The notes beneath the pieces were generated by a model that searched no databases, had not been told where the DNA came from, and saw only the letters and a program-made list of their open reading frames with translations. Below, one piece after another: positions 24,609 to 36,449 of a stretch of DNA of 64,000 bases; the first letter of the stretch is position 1; every line of letters begins with the position of its first letter. A program made the position numbers and the translations under genes. Origin of the DNA: Octopus sinensis (lineage: Eukaryota); contig NC_043014.1 of assembly GCF_006345805.1 (NCBI RefSeq), forward strand, positions 9,300,001 to 9,364,000, in the 5' to 3' direction.

Positions 24609-25008
24609 TCCTTATATATAAAACTAAAGTCGTGTGTCTGTCTCCTACGATTTAGATTCCTAACTACTCCCACATTTTTCGGTTCAGTTTAACCAAAACC
24701 AGGTATCTTATAGTCGTGATTCATATCGAGCCCTTCTGGGTATTAGCGCGCGTCTATGATGAGTCTACGATTTTAAAAATAATTTACCATCATTTTGTTT
24801 TCCATTTTAATGCATTTTTCGCTATTATATAAGGGAAGTAACTCTCTAAAAATGTCTACGATGAGTCAACGATTTAAAACAAAAATTTACCATCATTTTT
24901 TTTCCATTTTTAAAGCATTTTTTTTGCTATTTTTGGCTATAACTCTCGAAAAATGCTTATATAGTTACTTCCCTTACAAACCCGAGCAACGCCGGGCGAT
25001 ACTGCTAG
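24609..25008 (+). mobile_element. Non-autonomous Helitron H1
   Basis: A|TC...CCCGAGCAACGCCGGG...CTAG|T. Confidence 0.9.
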
Positions 25009-25009
25009 T

Positions 25010-25404
25010 TCTTCATATATAAAACTAAAGTAGTGTGTCTCTCTCCTACGATTTAGATTCCTAACTACTCCCACATTTTGCGGTGCAGTGTAACCAAAAG
25101 CGGGTATCATATAGTCGTGATTCATATCGAGCCCTTCTGGTTATTAGCGCGCGTCTACAATGTGTCTACGATTAAAAAAAAATTACCATTATTTTTCCGT
25201 AGTTTTAATGCATTTTCGCTCGATTTATATAAGGGAAGTAACTCTCTTAAAATGTATTATTAAATCTCAGAACGTAAAAAGCTACAGTAACACTCCCCAC
25301 TTTGTGGTTAGCCATATTGAGATGGCTATTATATTTACATCTCTAAAAATGCTTATATAGTTATTTCCCTTACAACCCTGAGCAACGCCGGGCGATACTG
25401 CTAG
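25010..25404 (+). mobile_element. Non-autonomous Helitron H1, head-to-tail with the previous copy, different internal segment
   Basis: TC start at 25010, same 3' hairpin and CTAG|T; ~80-bp internal block absent from the other copies. Confidence 0.88.
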
Positions 25405-25428
25405 TATTTATATATATATATAAACGTA

Positions 25429-25825
25429 GGCGCAGGAGTGGCTGTGTTGTAAGTAGCTTGTTTACCAACCACATGGTTCCGGGTTCAGTCCCACTGCGTG
25501 GCACCTTGGGCAAGTGTCTTCTACTATAGCCTCGGGCCGACCAATGCCTTGTGAGTGGATTTGGTAGACGGAGACTGAAAGAAGCCTGTTGTATATATGT
25601 ATATGTATGTGTGTGTGTTTGTGTGTATGTGTTTGTCACCCTAGCATTGCTTGACAACCGATGCTCGTGTGTTTATGTCTCCGTTACTTAGCGGTGCGGC
25701 AAAAGAGACCGATAGAATAAGTACTGGGCTTACAAAAGAATAAGTCCCGGGGTCGAGTTGCTCAATTAAAGGCGGTGCTCCAGCATGGCCGCAGTCAAAT
25801 GACTGAAACAAGGAAAGAGAAAAGA

Positions 25826-25830
<5 letters not shown>
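25429..25830 (+). mobile_element. SINE family A
   Basis: Head through tail match. Confidence 0.92.
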
Positions 25831-25869
<39 letters not shown>

Positions 25870-25944
25870 TATATATAATATATATACATATATATATTAA
25901 ATATATAAATATAAATCAGTCGCCATGATAGATCGGTAGCCACT

Positions 25945-26108
25945 ACACACATTGTTTTCTCTGTTTGTTTCTCTCCTTGTTTTTTTCTGTGTTCCTTTCT
26001 GTGGAAGAGCGTAGGCTCGAAACGTAAAAGACTTTTTCAATTCCTGAGCGTTTGTTGTCTACACCACCTGTCCTCGTCTTTTGTTCTTTTTTTCGTGAAT
26101 TCTCCCTG
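25945..26108 (+). mobile_element. Putative PLE-type terminal repeat (copy b) with variant hammerhead-like motif at 25995-26030
   Basis: CTTT-CTGTGGA-A-GAGC(GTAG)GCTC-GAAA-CG-TA-AAAG. Confidence 0.6.
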
Positions 26109-26469
26109 TATATATTTATATATATATATATAAGCATACAGATATAAATATGTATGAATGTATACGTTGAGTTCTTTTACGTCTAATACAGATCACGGCA
26201 ACGCTATAACAGACTAGAAAAGAGAAGTTTGATATGTGCTCATGCCAACGTCAAGCGGCATATATCTGGTACAGTATCTAAATATTATATGCAGCAAAAG
26301 ACAATGCACAAAGACGAAGAAAATGAAGCGTTGGGCAAAGTAATCTGCCACAAAGGAAGTGAATCTGACAGAAACATATTTCAATGAGTCAGATTGTAAG
26401 ACAATATAGAAAATTAATTCAGCTTCTGTATTTTCTGTTATTGACATACATAAAATGAATAATCATTCT

Positions 26470-26667
26470 ACTTTGAATCACATTATTAAGATATATATAT
26501 ATATATATATAATATATATATATATAATATATATATAATATATATATATATTATATATATATATAATATATATAATATATATATTTGACTATTTATTAAA
26601 TTTTATGTATTGATTAGTCTTTCCTTGTTTGTTTTGCAAAATAGTGGTTTTGTCTCAAATAATATTT

Positions 26668-26744
<77 letters not shown>

Positions 26745-26976
26745 GTATATGTTATATATATATATATATTATATATATATGTGTGTGTGTATTTATGTAT
26801 CTATATACATATATGTATTTATGTATATGTGCGTCTATGCATGTATGTGTATGTATACGTACATATATTCATATTTATATATGTGCATATATATGTATAT
26901 ATATGTGTATATATATATATATATATATTATATATATGCATATATATGTATATATGCATGTGTATATATATATATG

Positions 26977-27007
<31 letters not shown>

Positions 27008-27022
27008 GTATATATGCATGTG

Positions 27023-27056
<34 letters not shown>

Positions 27057-27100
27057 GCATATATATGTATATATACATGTGTATATATACATGCATATAT

Positions 27101-27138
<38 letters not shown>

Positions 27139-27185
27139 GTATATATATATGTACATATGTATATATATATATATATATATATGTA
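26470..27185. repeat. (TA)n/(TATG)n microsatellites
   Basis: Direct reading. Confidence 0.95.
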
Positions 27186-27331
27186 TAAAAGCAATTAAGT
27201 TTCAAGTCAATTCTAATGAATTTACTTGAATGCGGTACTTAACTTAGATGCACCAGAAAACTATATGGTGTTAACCATACAGTAATGTGGGGTGATTATA
27301 AACGAGAAAGAAGCAACAAGAATGGATTAGT

Positions 27332-27422
27332 TTTTAGTACAATTGTTTCATACAAAGACAGGCTTTATTAAAAGTTGCAAATATTGCAGCAGATAAAAGT
27401 GTCCAGTACTCATCAGCTAAAA
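27332..27422 (-). ncRNA. Type I hammerhead ribozyme, same family as 6082-6169
   Basis: Minus strand TTTTAG-CTGATGA-GTAC...GTAT-GAAA-CAATTG-TA-CTAAAA; shares downstream TAATCCATTCTTGTT with the 6082 copy. Confidence 0.82.
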
Positions 27423-27544
27423 CATACATGAGTTCTCCAAACATCTTAGTGGGTGAGGCTACACTCATGAAGTAAATACCTTATCATATAGCATGAAATT
27501 ATACCCACCTCATTGTGGATTAACCATGGATAAATTCATCGTCT

Positions 27545-27870
27545 GAATTCCTTTTCCCCCTGCGGTTTCCAGTCTAGTCCTTATCATGTCAGATTTGACG
27601 GTTCTTTCCTATTCTTTCCTATTGTGTATCTGATTCATCTCCATTTCCTTCGTCTAATCCGAACATGTATGGGCTCCTGGTCTCCGGTCCGGAGACTCAT
27701 GACGCGCTGTAGCCAAACCCGTCAGGAAGCTACAATTGCCGGTCCAAGAACCCTGTAGAACAATAATATCGTAAATACAGAAGCATGATATGCCAAATAT
27801 CTTCGTCTGACACAAAATATCCCCATTCTCCACGAATATAATAAATTGCAATGTGATACAGAATTGGGAA
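27545..27870 (-). mobile_element. RTE-clade LINE ORF2 fragment, degenerate
   Basis: Minus strand contains IRRRKWR...LDWKPQG, typical of RTE C-terminal region. Confidence 0.65.
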
Positions 27871-28556
27871 CATGTTTATCAAATGCCCAGTGAGATTCCA
27901 GACCCTAGGTCTACTATTTCAACGATCCAGAAGACAAACACCTCATATTCTAAGAACATAGCAAATCAGTAAAAGACGTCAGACGAAAATATTACAGTAA
28001 ATCATAAATGAATAACAGATTTAATTATTTAAGTACTTATTGTATTGTTTATGATATTCAATAAAACTTGAAATTCTTTCGGAACATAATTCTATTATAG
28101 TAATTGTATTATTGTTTACAAGATATATTATCAATTAATAAATGATTTATCAATTCATTTATTTCATTTTAAAAAGCTATGAAATTTATTTTGTTTCCTT
28201 ATTTTGTTTTTTGTTTTTCATTAAATTAAAAAAAAGATTTCTCCATTGAATTTTTTCAAGCTTAAATTATATTTAATTTCCGTAATTTTTCTTCCTGTGA
28301 ATTTTTACCGTTTATCACACTATTAAATACAACCTGGATATAATAAGCATATACATACTTTTCTGAAACAATGGTGGTAAACACACACACAGACACACAC
28401 AGAGACACGCACACAAACACATACATTTAATTATTGTATCTTAAACTTGGTTCAGTTATTAAATGGAACGTCTAACTTCATTAAAGCAAAGCTTTGGAGA
28501 ATTTCTTAGACGAGTGAATCAACCTTATTAGTTACCATTGTTTTAAAATCCTGGTT

Positions 28557-29316
28557 CTTATTCTATCGGGTCTTTTTCAGACCAACTAAGTTACGGTGAC
28601 TTAAATACAATAACACTGGTTGTCAAATGATGAGGGAGAAACCAAATCTAAAACTATCTCAAATGCACACACAGTAATATATTTCTGAAGAACTACTTCT
28701 ATGACGTGTATGGATATATCACCGTGATCACCTTGACCGACCAGGCTATCAGATGTTGCTACACATCGCTGGTAACAATGCGTTTTGCATTGTTTTAGCC
28801 TTTTAAATGACGCCACCCCTCTGGCTAAGTGAGCAGGCCAACAGAAGAAATAGTGAGTGAAAATTGTGGCGAAAGAGTACAGCAGGAATTGCCACCACCC
28901 CCTGCCGCAGACTCGTGGAGCTTTAGGTGTTTTCGCTCAATAAACATTCACAATGCCTAGTCTAGGAATCGAAACCGTGATCCTATGACCGCGAGTCCGC
29001 TGCCCTAACCACTGGGCCATTGCGCCTCCACGTATGGATATATGTATATAGCATTAATTGTAAAATCATGGAATCCATTTCCTGCAGGAGGGAGGGGGTT
29101 AAGCAATAACCCCACCCCACCCCCCGATTTACTTTCGAATATTTTCGCAAGAAACGCAATGTTACGCGTCATAGAAGTAGTTCTTCAGAAATATATTACT
29201 GTCTGTGCATTTGAGATAGTTTTAGTTTTTGTCTCTTTCTCATCGTTTGACAACCGGTGTTATTGTATTTACGTCCCCGTAACTTAGTGGGTCTGAAAAA
29301 GTCCTGATAAAATAAG
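28557..29316. repeat. 150-bp inverted repeat (28557-28706 / 29167-29316)
   Basis: Inner ~59 bp has one mismatch; outer part is decayed SINE A sequence with more mismatches; visible as shared peptide VIEVVLQKYITVCAFEIVL on opposite strands. Confidence 0.9.
28720..29031 (-). mobile_element. SINE family C (centre X, tail 3)
   Basis: 12-bp TSD GTATGGATATAT at 28708-28719 and 29032-29043. Confidence 0.92.
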
Positions 29317-29324
29317 ATTAAATG

Positions 29325-29727
29325 GTAACTGTGTGGTAAGTAGCTTGCTAACCAACCACATGGTTCTGGGTTCAGTCCCACTGCGTGGCATCTTGGGCAT
29401 ATGTCTTCTGCTATAGACCCGGGCCGACCAATGCCTTGTGAGTGGATTTGGTAGACGGAAACTGAAAGAAGCTTGTCGTATATATGTATATATATATATG
29501 TATGTGTGTTTGTGTGTCGGTGTTTGACCCCCTAGCATTGCTTGACAACCGATGCTGGTGTGTTTACGTCCCCGTCACCTAGCGGTTCGGTAAAAGAGAG
29601 CGATAGAATAAGTACTGGGCTTACAAAGAATAAGTCCCGGGGTCGATTTGCTCGACTAAAGGCGGTGCTCCAGCATGGCCGGAGTCAAATGACTGAAAGA
29701 AGTAAAAGAGTAAAGAGTAAAGAGAAT
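29325..29727 (+). mobile_element. SINE family A
   Basis: Body and (GTAAAGA)n tail. Confidence 0.9.
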
Positions 29728-29924
29728 AAGGTTGATTCACTCGACTAAGAATTTCTCCAAAGCGTTGCTTCAGTCAAGTTAGACGTTCCGTTTAATGACT
29801 GAACCAAGTTAAAGATACAAGATATAATATAATTATAATATAATTATAATATAATTAAGTGTATGTGTGTGTGTTAAGCAGTGAGAGAACTTGTTAAGCA
29901 GTGAGAGGGAAACACAGTGACAAA

Positions 29925-30170
29925 AAAAAGGCAAACACACACAGACATGGAGCAGACATGGAGCAGACACACGAAGCAGACATGGAAGCGGAGTATTTTG
30001 GACGAGCTCAGGACCACCGGCCTGACTTGGGAAGCAGCCAAGAAACATGCCAATGACTGCAAAACGTGGAAAACAACTGTTGAGGCCCTATGCTCCACAA
30101 GGGGCAAAAAGAATTAAGATAAAGAAGAAGAAGAAGAAGAAGAAGAAGAAAAAAAGAAGAAGAAGAAAGA

Positions 30171-30202
<32 letters not shown>

Positions 30203-30226
30203 TAATAATAATAATAATAATAATAA

Positions 30227-30257
<31 letters not shown>

Positions 30258-30300
30258 AAGAAGAAGAAGAAAAAGGAGAAGAAGAAGACGACGACGACGA
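29925..30300 (+). mobile_element. RTE-clade LINE 3' end followed by (AAG)n/(AAT)n tract
   Basis: TWKRSILDELRTTGLTWEAAKKHANDCKTWKTTVEALCSTRGKKN*. Confidence 0.8.
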
Positions 30301-31519
30301 CAGGGTTCCGGTTTTGGTGATATATAATTCTTTGTTTGTCCTTCCCGATTCACTTTAAATTATCAGGGTAAGTTACAGAGAAAGTATACCCATCGACACC
30401 GTTCCAATCGATGCCGCTTAACCTCCATTTTGTAAAAGCGGTGTATCGCCAATTTTCTCGTTTGTAACTATTTAACGCTAAAAAACATTTATGTCTTGAG
30501 TTTTTCAAATGTTATAACTTCAAATTTTACATAATGCTTAACTTTCCATACAGAAGCCTTCATAGATTTTTGAATCTTTAAAAGACATTCCGCTAAATTA
30601 CATAACAGTTTCTTGGCTTTACCAGGATATAATTCATCCATTTCAAAGAAACATAAAAGCAGATGTTATGTAAATAGTTGCTAATTAGTATATAATAAGG
30701 AAGTTAATTTAAACGAACGTGACTAATATTTACGCTAGACATTATGTGTTGAAACATTTCCTATTGGCAATACAACATAGAAAGAGAAATGTGTGTTAAT
30801 ACTCTCCTCTGTAGTGCGATGTACATAAAAATAATATAGTCTCGTTAATTCCAAGTGCATTTTACAAATTACATCTCAGTCATTTCCGCTAATATCCCAT
30901 TATTATACTTGCTTTGTTTGAAATCGGTTGCGGTATTCTACTTTTACTAAAAATTACACAAATAATTTTGTCTTTGTGTTTGTATTACTCTGTAAGTCTT
31001 TCTTTTACAGTACGGTTAATTTCGACTATCTACAACAAAGATATATAACCCTATGTGAATAAACACAGGGTGATGTTGGTGATTATGACGATGATGGTGA
31101 TGACAACGATGATGATTAAGAATGTGGAACATCAGAGGGAATATATTGCTATATGTAATTTGCTTCTTTGTGTGTTCATGTCAAAACCTTCAATGATCGA
31201 TAATAATCTCTAATGATCCGAGTGCAAGATCAATAAGTATTTTATCCATAATGAACTTAGACCGTGATCGATAAGTAAATTATCTGTAAAGATCTGAGAT
31301 AGTGATCGATAATTAAATTATCTATAATTATCTGACTGTCACTTCGTTTTCGTGCACGGTAATGACAGATTAGCAATGCGATCAATCATAGAAACGGTCC
31401 TGAAATATGCGCTGAAAAAGGGACACGTTTCGATTCTTGATTGAACACTTTTAACATATTTTTTAAATTTTTATAGTTAAAGAAGAAGAGAGAAGGCTAA
31501 GGATACTTTTCAGGGAATA

Positions 31520-31916
31520 TCTTTATATATAAAAGTGAAGTTGTGTGTCTGTCTCCTACGATTTAGATTCCTAACTACTCTCACATTTTGCGGTGCAGTT
31601 TAACCAAAACCAGGTATCTTATAGTCGTGATTCATATCGAGCCCTTCTGGGTATTAGCGCGCGTCTACGATGAGTCTACGATTAGAAAAAAAAAATTACC
31701 ATAATTTTTTCCATTTTAATGCATTTTTTTCGCTATTATATAAGAGAAGTAACTCTCTAAAATGTCTACGATGAGTCAACGATTTAAAAAAAAATTACCA
31801 TCATTTGTTTTCCATTTTTAATGCATTTTTTTGCTATTTTTTGGCTATAACTCTCTAAAAATGCTTATATAGTTATTTCCCTTACAAACCCGAGCAACGC
31901 CGGGCGATACTGCTAG
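31520..31916 (+). mobile_element. Non-autonomous Helitron H1
   Basis: A|TC...hairpin...CTAG|T. Confidence 0.9.
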
Positions 31917-32109
31917 TAGTTGTATAAAATAGAAAACCCAGTCTACAGCTCACCAAAAACCAAACAAGCTTTTGCAAAATTCATAACGGGGTCTTTTATT
32001 TTCTGTGTGATAGTTTCTGCTTCTCATCCTCCATCGAGGAATGCGCCACGCTAGATCCTTCCACATAGCATCCGTATTCCAAAGTACATTTAAAATATTC
32101 TTTTCAACT

Positions 32110-32200
32110 CTAGGTACAGTCCCCGAATTATCTGGTACTTAATTTATCGACTCCGAAAGATGAAAGGCAAAAAGTCGACCGTAGCGGAATTTGAACTCCG
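32110..32200 (-). mobile_element. SINE family B fragment
   Basis: CTGGTACTTAATTTATCGAC...GGAATTTGAACTC. Confidence 0.7.
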
Positions 32201-32234
32201 CGGAAATCCTGTAGTCAGAATATGTTAACTTTTT

Positions 32235-32458
32235 TTTTTTTTTGGTTTCAATCATTTCACTGTGGCTATGCTGGAACATGTACTTCAAGGGCTTTAGTTG
32301 AACAAATCGACCCTACGATTAATCCTTTTTAAACCTACTGCTTATTTTATCGGTGTTTTTCGCCGAACCGCTAAGTTAGGAGGCTTAAACAGACCAATGC
32401 ATGTTGTGAATCAGCGGTGTTGGACAAACACAGAGACAAAGACGCACACACAAACAGT

Positions 32459-32460
<2 letters not shown>
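32235..32460 (-). mobile_element. SINE family A 3' half, degenerate
   Basis: CGAACCGCTAAGTTA and tail similarity. Confidence 0.65.
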
Positions 32461-32536
<76 letters not shown>

Positions 32537-32579
32537 GTGTGTGGTGTGTGTGTGTGTGTTGTGTGTGTGTGTGTGTGTG

Positions 32580-32804
32580 TGTGGAGGTACAATGGCTCTG
32601 TGATTAGGGCAGCGGACTTGCGGACGTAAGATCGTGGTGGCAATCCCTGCTGTACTCTTTCGCTACATCTTTCTCTCATTCTTTCTTCAGTTGGCCTGCT
32701 TCGCTTAGTCAGCGAGGTGGCGTCATTTGAAGGCTAAAACAATGCGAAGCGCATTGTGACCAGCGATGTGTAGCAACATCTGATAGCCTGGTCGGTCACG
32801 TGAT

Positions 32805-32812
<8 letters not shown>
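32580..32812 (+). mobile_element. SINE family C (tail 3), internally deleted
   Basis: GTGGAGGTACAATGG head; tail GAAGGCTAAAACAATGCGAAGCGCATTGTGACC...GGTCACGTGATCACGTG. Confidence 0.85.
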
Positions 32813-32844
<32 letters not shown>

Positions 32845-32846
<2 letters not shown>

Positions 32847-33012
32847 GAACACTCCGTCGGTTACGACGACGAAGGTCCCAGCTGATACGATCACCGGAAC
32901 AGCCTGCTCATGAAATTAACGTGCAATCCACAGACAAGCGCACTCCTAACGTCGTCACAAGGCCGGCCCTTTGAAATACAGATACAACTCATTTTTGCCG
33001 GCTGAGTGGACT
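32845..33012 (-). mobile_element. SINE 3' part (centre Y joined to tail 2)
   Basis: Tail matches 36690-36865; centre CAGTCCACTCAGCCGGCAAAAATGAG. Confidence 0.75.
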
Positions 33013-33013
33013 G

Positions 33014-33094
<81 letters not shown>

Positions 33095-33324
33095 GAAATG
33101 AGGTAATCAGAAGATCGGATGGTTCATATTTACAGATATTTATTTATATATTACATTTTTTACATATATATATCATATCATTCAGACCATTAGCGCTTTC
33201 TCCCATTCTAGTGGGGTTTTCAAATCAAAATATATATATATATATATATGAGTGTGTAACAACATCTGATGATCTGGTCGGTCACGTGAACACGTGATAT
33301 ATATATAAATAATTTTATGTGTAA

Positions 33325-33490
33325 GATAGGTTTCTTTCAGTTTCCCTCTATAAAATCCACTCACAAGACTTCGGTTGGCCTGAGGTTTTAGTAGTAGACA
33401 CTCGCCCAAGTTGCCATGCAGTAGGATTGAATCTAGAACAATCTGGTTGTAAAGCAACCTTCTTACCAAACAGTCACGCATGCGCCTATA
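33325..33490 (-). mobile_element. SINE family A 5' half, degenerate
   Basis: TTTCTTTCAGTTT...AAATCCACTCACAAG. Confidence 0.65.
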
Positions 33491-34278
33491 CATAGGACTA
33501 TAGTGTCTTTCATTCACAGATATTCCAAACAATTTATCAGATATTCAAACAACATTCCATCAATACATCATGAAATATATCTCCTTCATAAAACAGGCAT
33601 TCAATTAGAAGCTATAATTATAATAAATGCTAATTAGCTTGTTCTTCTAAATGATTTAATTAGAAACATTCTAATTGTTTTATAAACAAGAAGTTTTGAC
33701 ACATGAATTGCTACTAGAATATAGTGTACTTAATGTGTATAAAAGAAAGAAAATAAACTTTGCAAATCTTTGAAATAACTTTGCTTACAGTATCGAATAA
33801 TTTGTTTGAAGTCAACGAAGTATAATTTCATTAATATAACAAGATCATCTCTGAATAATGATTTTTCGGACATAGGCAAATTTTAGCTAAAAGTACATAG
33901 TGTATAATAAATCGTTTTACAGTGCACTGATACAACTTATAAGATTAGAAACTATAAACTTATAAACTTATTAGGAAACATAACTTATAAATGGAAACTT
34001 TACAACACTTGAAGCCATAACGATGATAATTTTTTTTTTTTTGAAAATTATAGTAGTGGACAAAAATCATTACTTATTTTGTGAATTATGTTAGAATTAC
34101 AAAAAAAGAATCCTTGCAGAAAAAAAATGTTTGAAACAACCACAATAGGAAAAACAACAGCATAAAAAACAGCAACAACAACAAATGCAGCAACGACAAT
34201 AATAATAACAATAATAATAACAATAATAATAATAATAATAATAATAATATGATAATAATAATAATGATAATGATAATT

Positions 34279-34342
<64 letters not shown>

Positions 34343-34343
<1 letters not shown>

Positions 34344-35057
34344 GCCTCCCCACCAGAAATTACCAAAAACATGTAATGAAAAGAAATATTACAAGTAACT
34401 GAGAATATGTGGAGATGGACAAGAAACAATAAATCTATTATCTCTAGCTGCCCAGTCCTGGCCCAGAAGGAATATATTCCAGACATGACAGAGTTGGAAC
34501 CTACATACATTGGAAGCTATGCCAACATTATGGAATAACAACAGAAAAAATATGGTATAGGCACACACCAGAAAAGGTCACAGAAAACGAGAAGCAACCA
34601 TACTCTGGGATATGCCGATACACACAGATAGAGAAATTAAGGCCACAAACCAGATAAGTTGTCAGAGATCATGAAGAAAAAAAATGCTTTCTAATTGATG
34701 TATCAATACCGCAGATGACAACGTGTCTCTAAAAGAATAGAGAGAAAACTCTCAAAATACAAAGACCTGGAATAGAGGTAACTAGAATGTGGAACCTGAA
34801 AACAGAAACCATTCCTATCATAGTATGTGCATTAGGCATGATAAAAAAATATTCAGACAAATACATAACAAAAACACCAGGACTTAAAACACATATAACA
34901 TACAGAAAATTGCACTACTAGGCACTGCACACATCCTAGCAGAACACTTTCCATACAATAACCATCGGAGCATCACAACAAATCACAGCACATACCCAAG
35001 GCACACAGAGCTGCGCTCGGTAGTGAAGTGAAGCACGCTAAAAAATAAAACTACTGA
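34343..35057 (+). mobile_element. 5'-truncated R4/Dong-like LINE 1 embedded in (TAA)n
   Basis: Frameshifted CCHC region then ILWDMPIHTDREIKA..PD...KCFLIDVSIP.DDNVS.KE.EKLSKYKDL.IEVTRMWNLKTETIPIIVCALG...QKIALLGTAHIL; (AAT)n both sides. Confidence 0.88.
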
Positions 35058-35085
35058 ATAATAATAAAATAATAAAATAATAATA

Positions 35086-35127
<42 letters not shown>

Positions 35128-35154
35128 GTATAAATTAATGAAGTATAAATTAAG

Positions 35155-35797
35155 ACTGACAGAGTTGGCCAATATCTCCACTGGCTAATAAGTCGGCATT
35201 ACAATATCAAAACTGCCGACAAGTGGTATAATCACCACCCTGAGGCTGTAACTGAAGAGAAAATGTAACCATTCTGTGGGACTTTCCAGTACATACAGAC
35301 CGAACCATCAAGGCCAATAACCAGATATTGTTGTGAAAGACCAAAACAATAAAGTTTGCTTATTGATCGACATGAGCATCCCCTGTGATCATAATATCTC
35401 AGCGAAAGAGTTTGACAAGCTCAGAAAATATAAAGACCTACTCATTGAAATTGAGAAAATGTGGCATCTCAAGGCGGTACAATACCAGTGATCGTAGGAG
35501 CATAGGAATGATCAGAAGAAGGGAACCGAAAATTATATGAGAATGATACCTGCAAGAAGTGCAAAAGATTGTCTTAACTGGTACATCACACGTATTGAGA
35601 AGAGCATTGTCGATGTGAGAACTGTTTCTGCTCATGTATATTTAATTTAACTAAAAAAAAAAGAAAATTAACGAACTATTGAGTTGGTTTAATGGCCTAC
35701 CAATAATAATACTTTGAGTTTCTTTGCCTTAGGAGTCGGGAAGACACTCGGCAAGAAATGGAAGCAAATTTCAAAGAAGGAAAAAAAAAAAAAAAAT
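35155..35797 (+). mobile_element. 5'-truncated R4/Dong-like LINE 2 (different subfamily) embedded in (TAA)n
   Basis: ILWDFPVHTDRTIKAN.PDIVVKDQNNKVCLLIDMSIPCDHNISAKEFDKLRKYKDLLIEIEKMWHLK...QKIVLTGTSHVLRRALSM*; A-run then (AAT)n. Confidence 0.88.
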
Positions 35798-35839
35798 AAT
35801 AATAATAATAATAATGATAATAATAATAATATGTAAGAA

Positions 35840-36040
35840 TAATCTGTAATCTCAAGTTTTAAAACAAACATAATTTTCGTATGGTTTTTTTAGGCATTGA
35901 CTAGTACAACACTAAATACAAAACCAAATATATGGCACCCTAGGCATAACACCGACATGAACTTCCATCTTGTCTCTTGAGGTCTCTGGGTGAGACTTGG
36001 AGCCAACTTGTACAAATATAAAGCAAAAGTCAAACATAGA
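35840..36040 (+). mobile_element. Probable 3' UTR remnant of a third Dong-like insertion between (TAA)n tracts
   Basis: Non-repetitive block bounded by (AAT)n on both sides; identity inferred from context only. Confidence 0.4.
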
Positions 36041-36061
36041 ATAATAATAATACTAATGATG

Positions 36062-36103
<42 letters not shown>

Positions 36104-36449
36104 TAATAATAATAATAATAATGATAATAATAATTATAATAATAATAATAATAATGATAATAATAATAATGATAATAGGAGGTGAATACATAATAGGAGA
36201 TAAAGAAAAAGAATGAAATACAATGAAAACACGTCAGACAGATGGAAGAGAAACCTTTACATTGCCAGTTCTGGAGAGCCACTGAAGACGTATGTGTAAC
36301 AAAATCTTCGGTATGCGTGGCAGTGGGGACATCAGTGGGACTGTCGCCGAGTTGTCTGTCATTATTCTTCTTGTTCTGTTTTTGATTGTGGACAGCGTTA
36401 TTCACATCTGAGATGGGCCAGAGCGTGTTGGGATTCACGGGTTGATTGA

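Noticed and set aside
32680-32695. CTGAAGA (minus) in a SINE C copy; similar isolated cores near 4266, 6609, 11032, 33267, 46442, 61447
   Set aside because: No correctly placed helix II, GAAA and NUH with helix I
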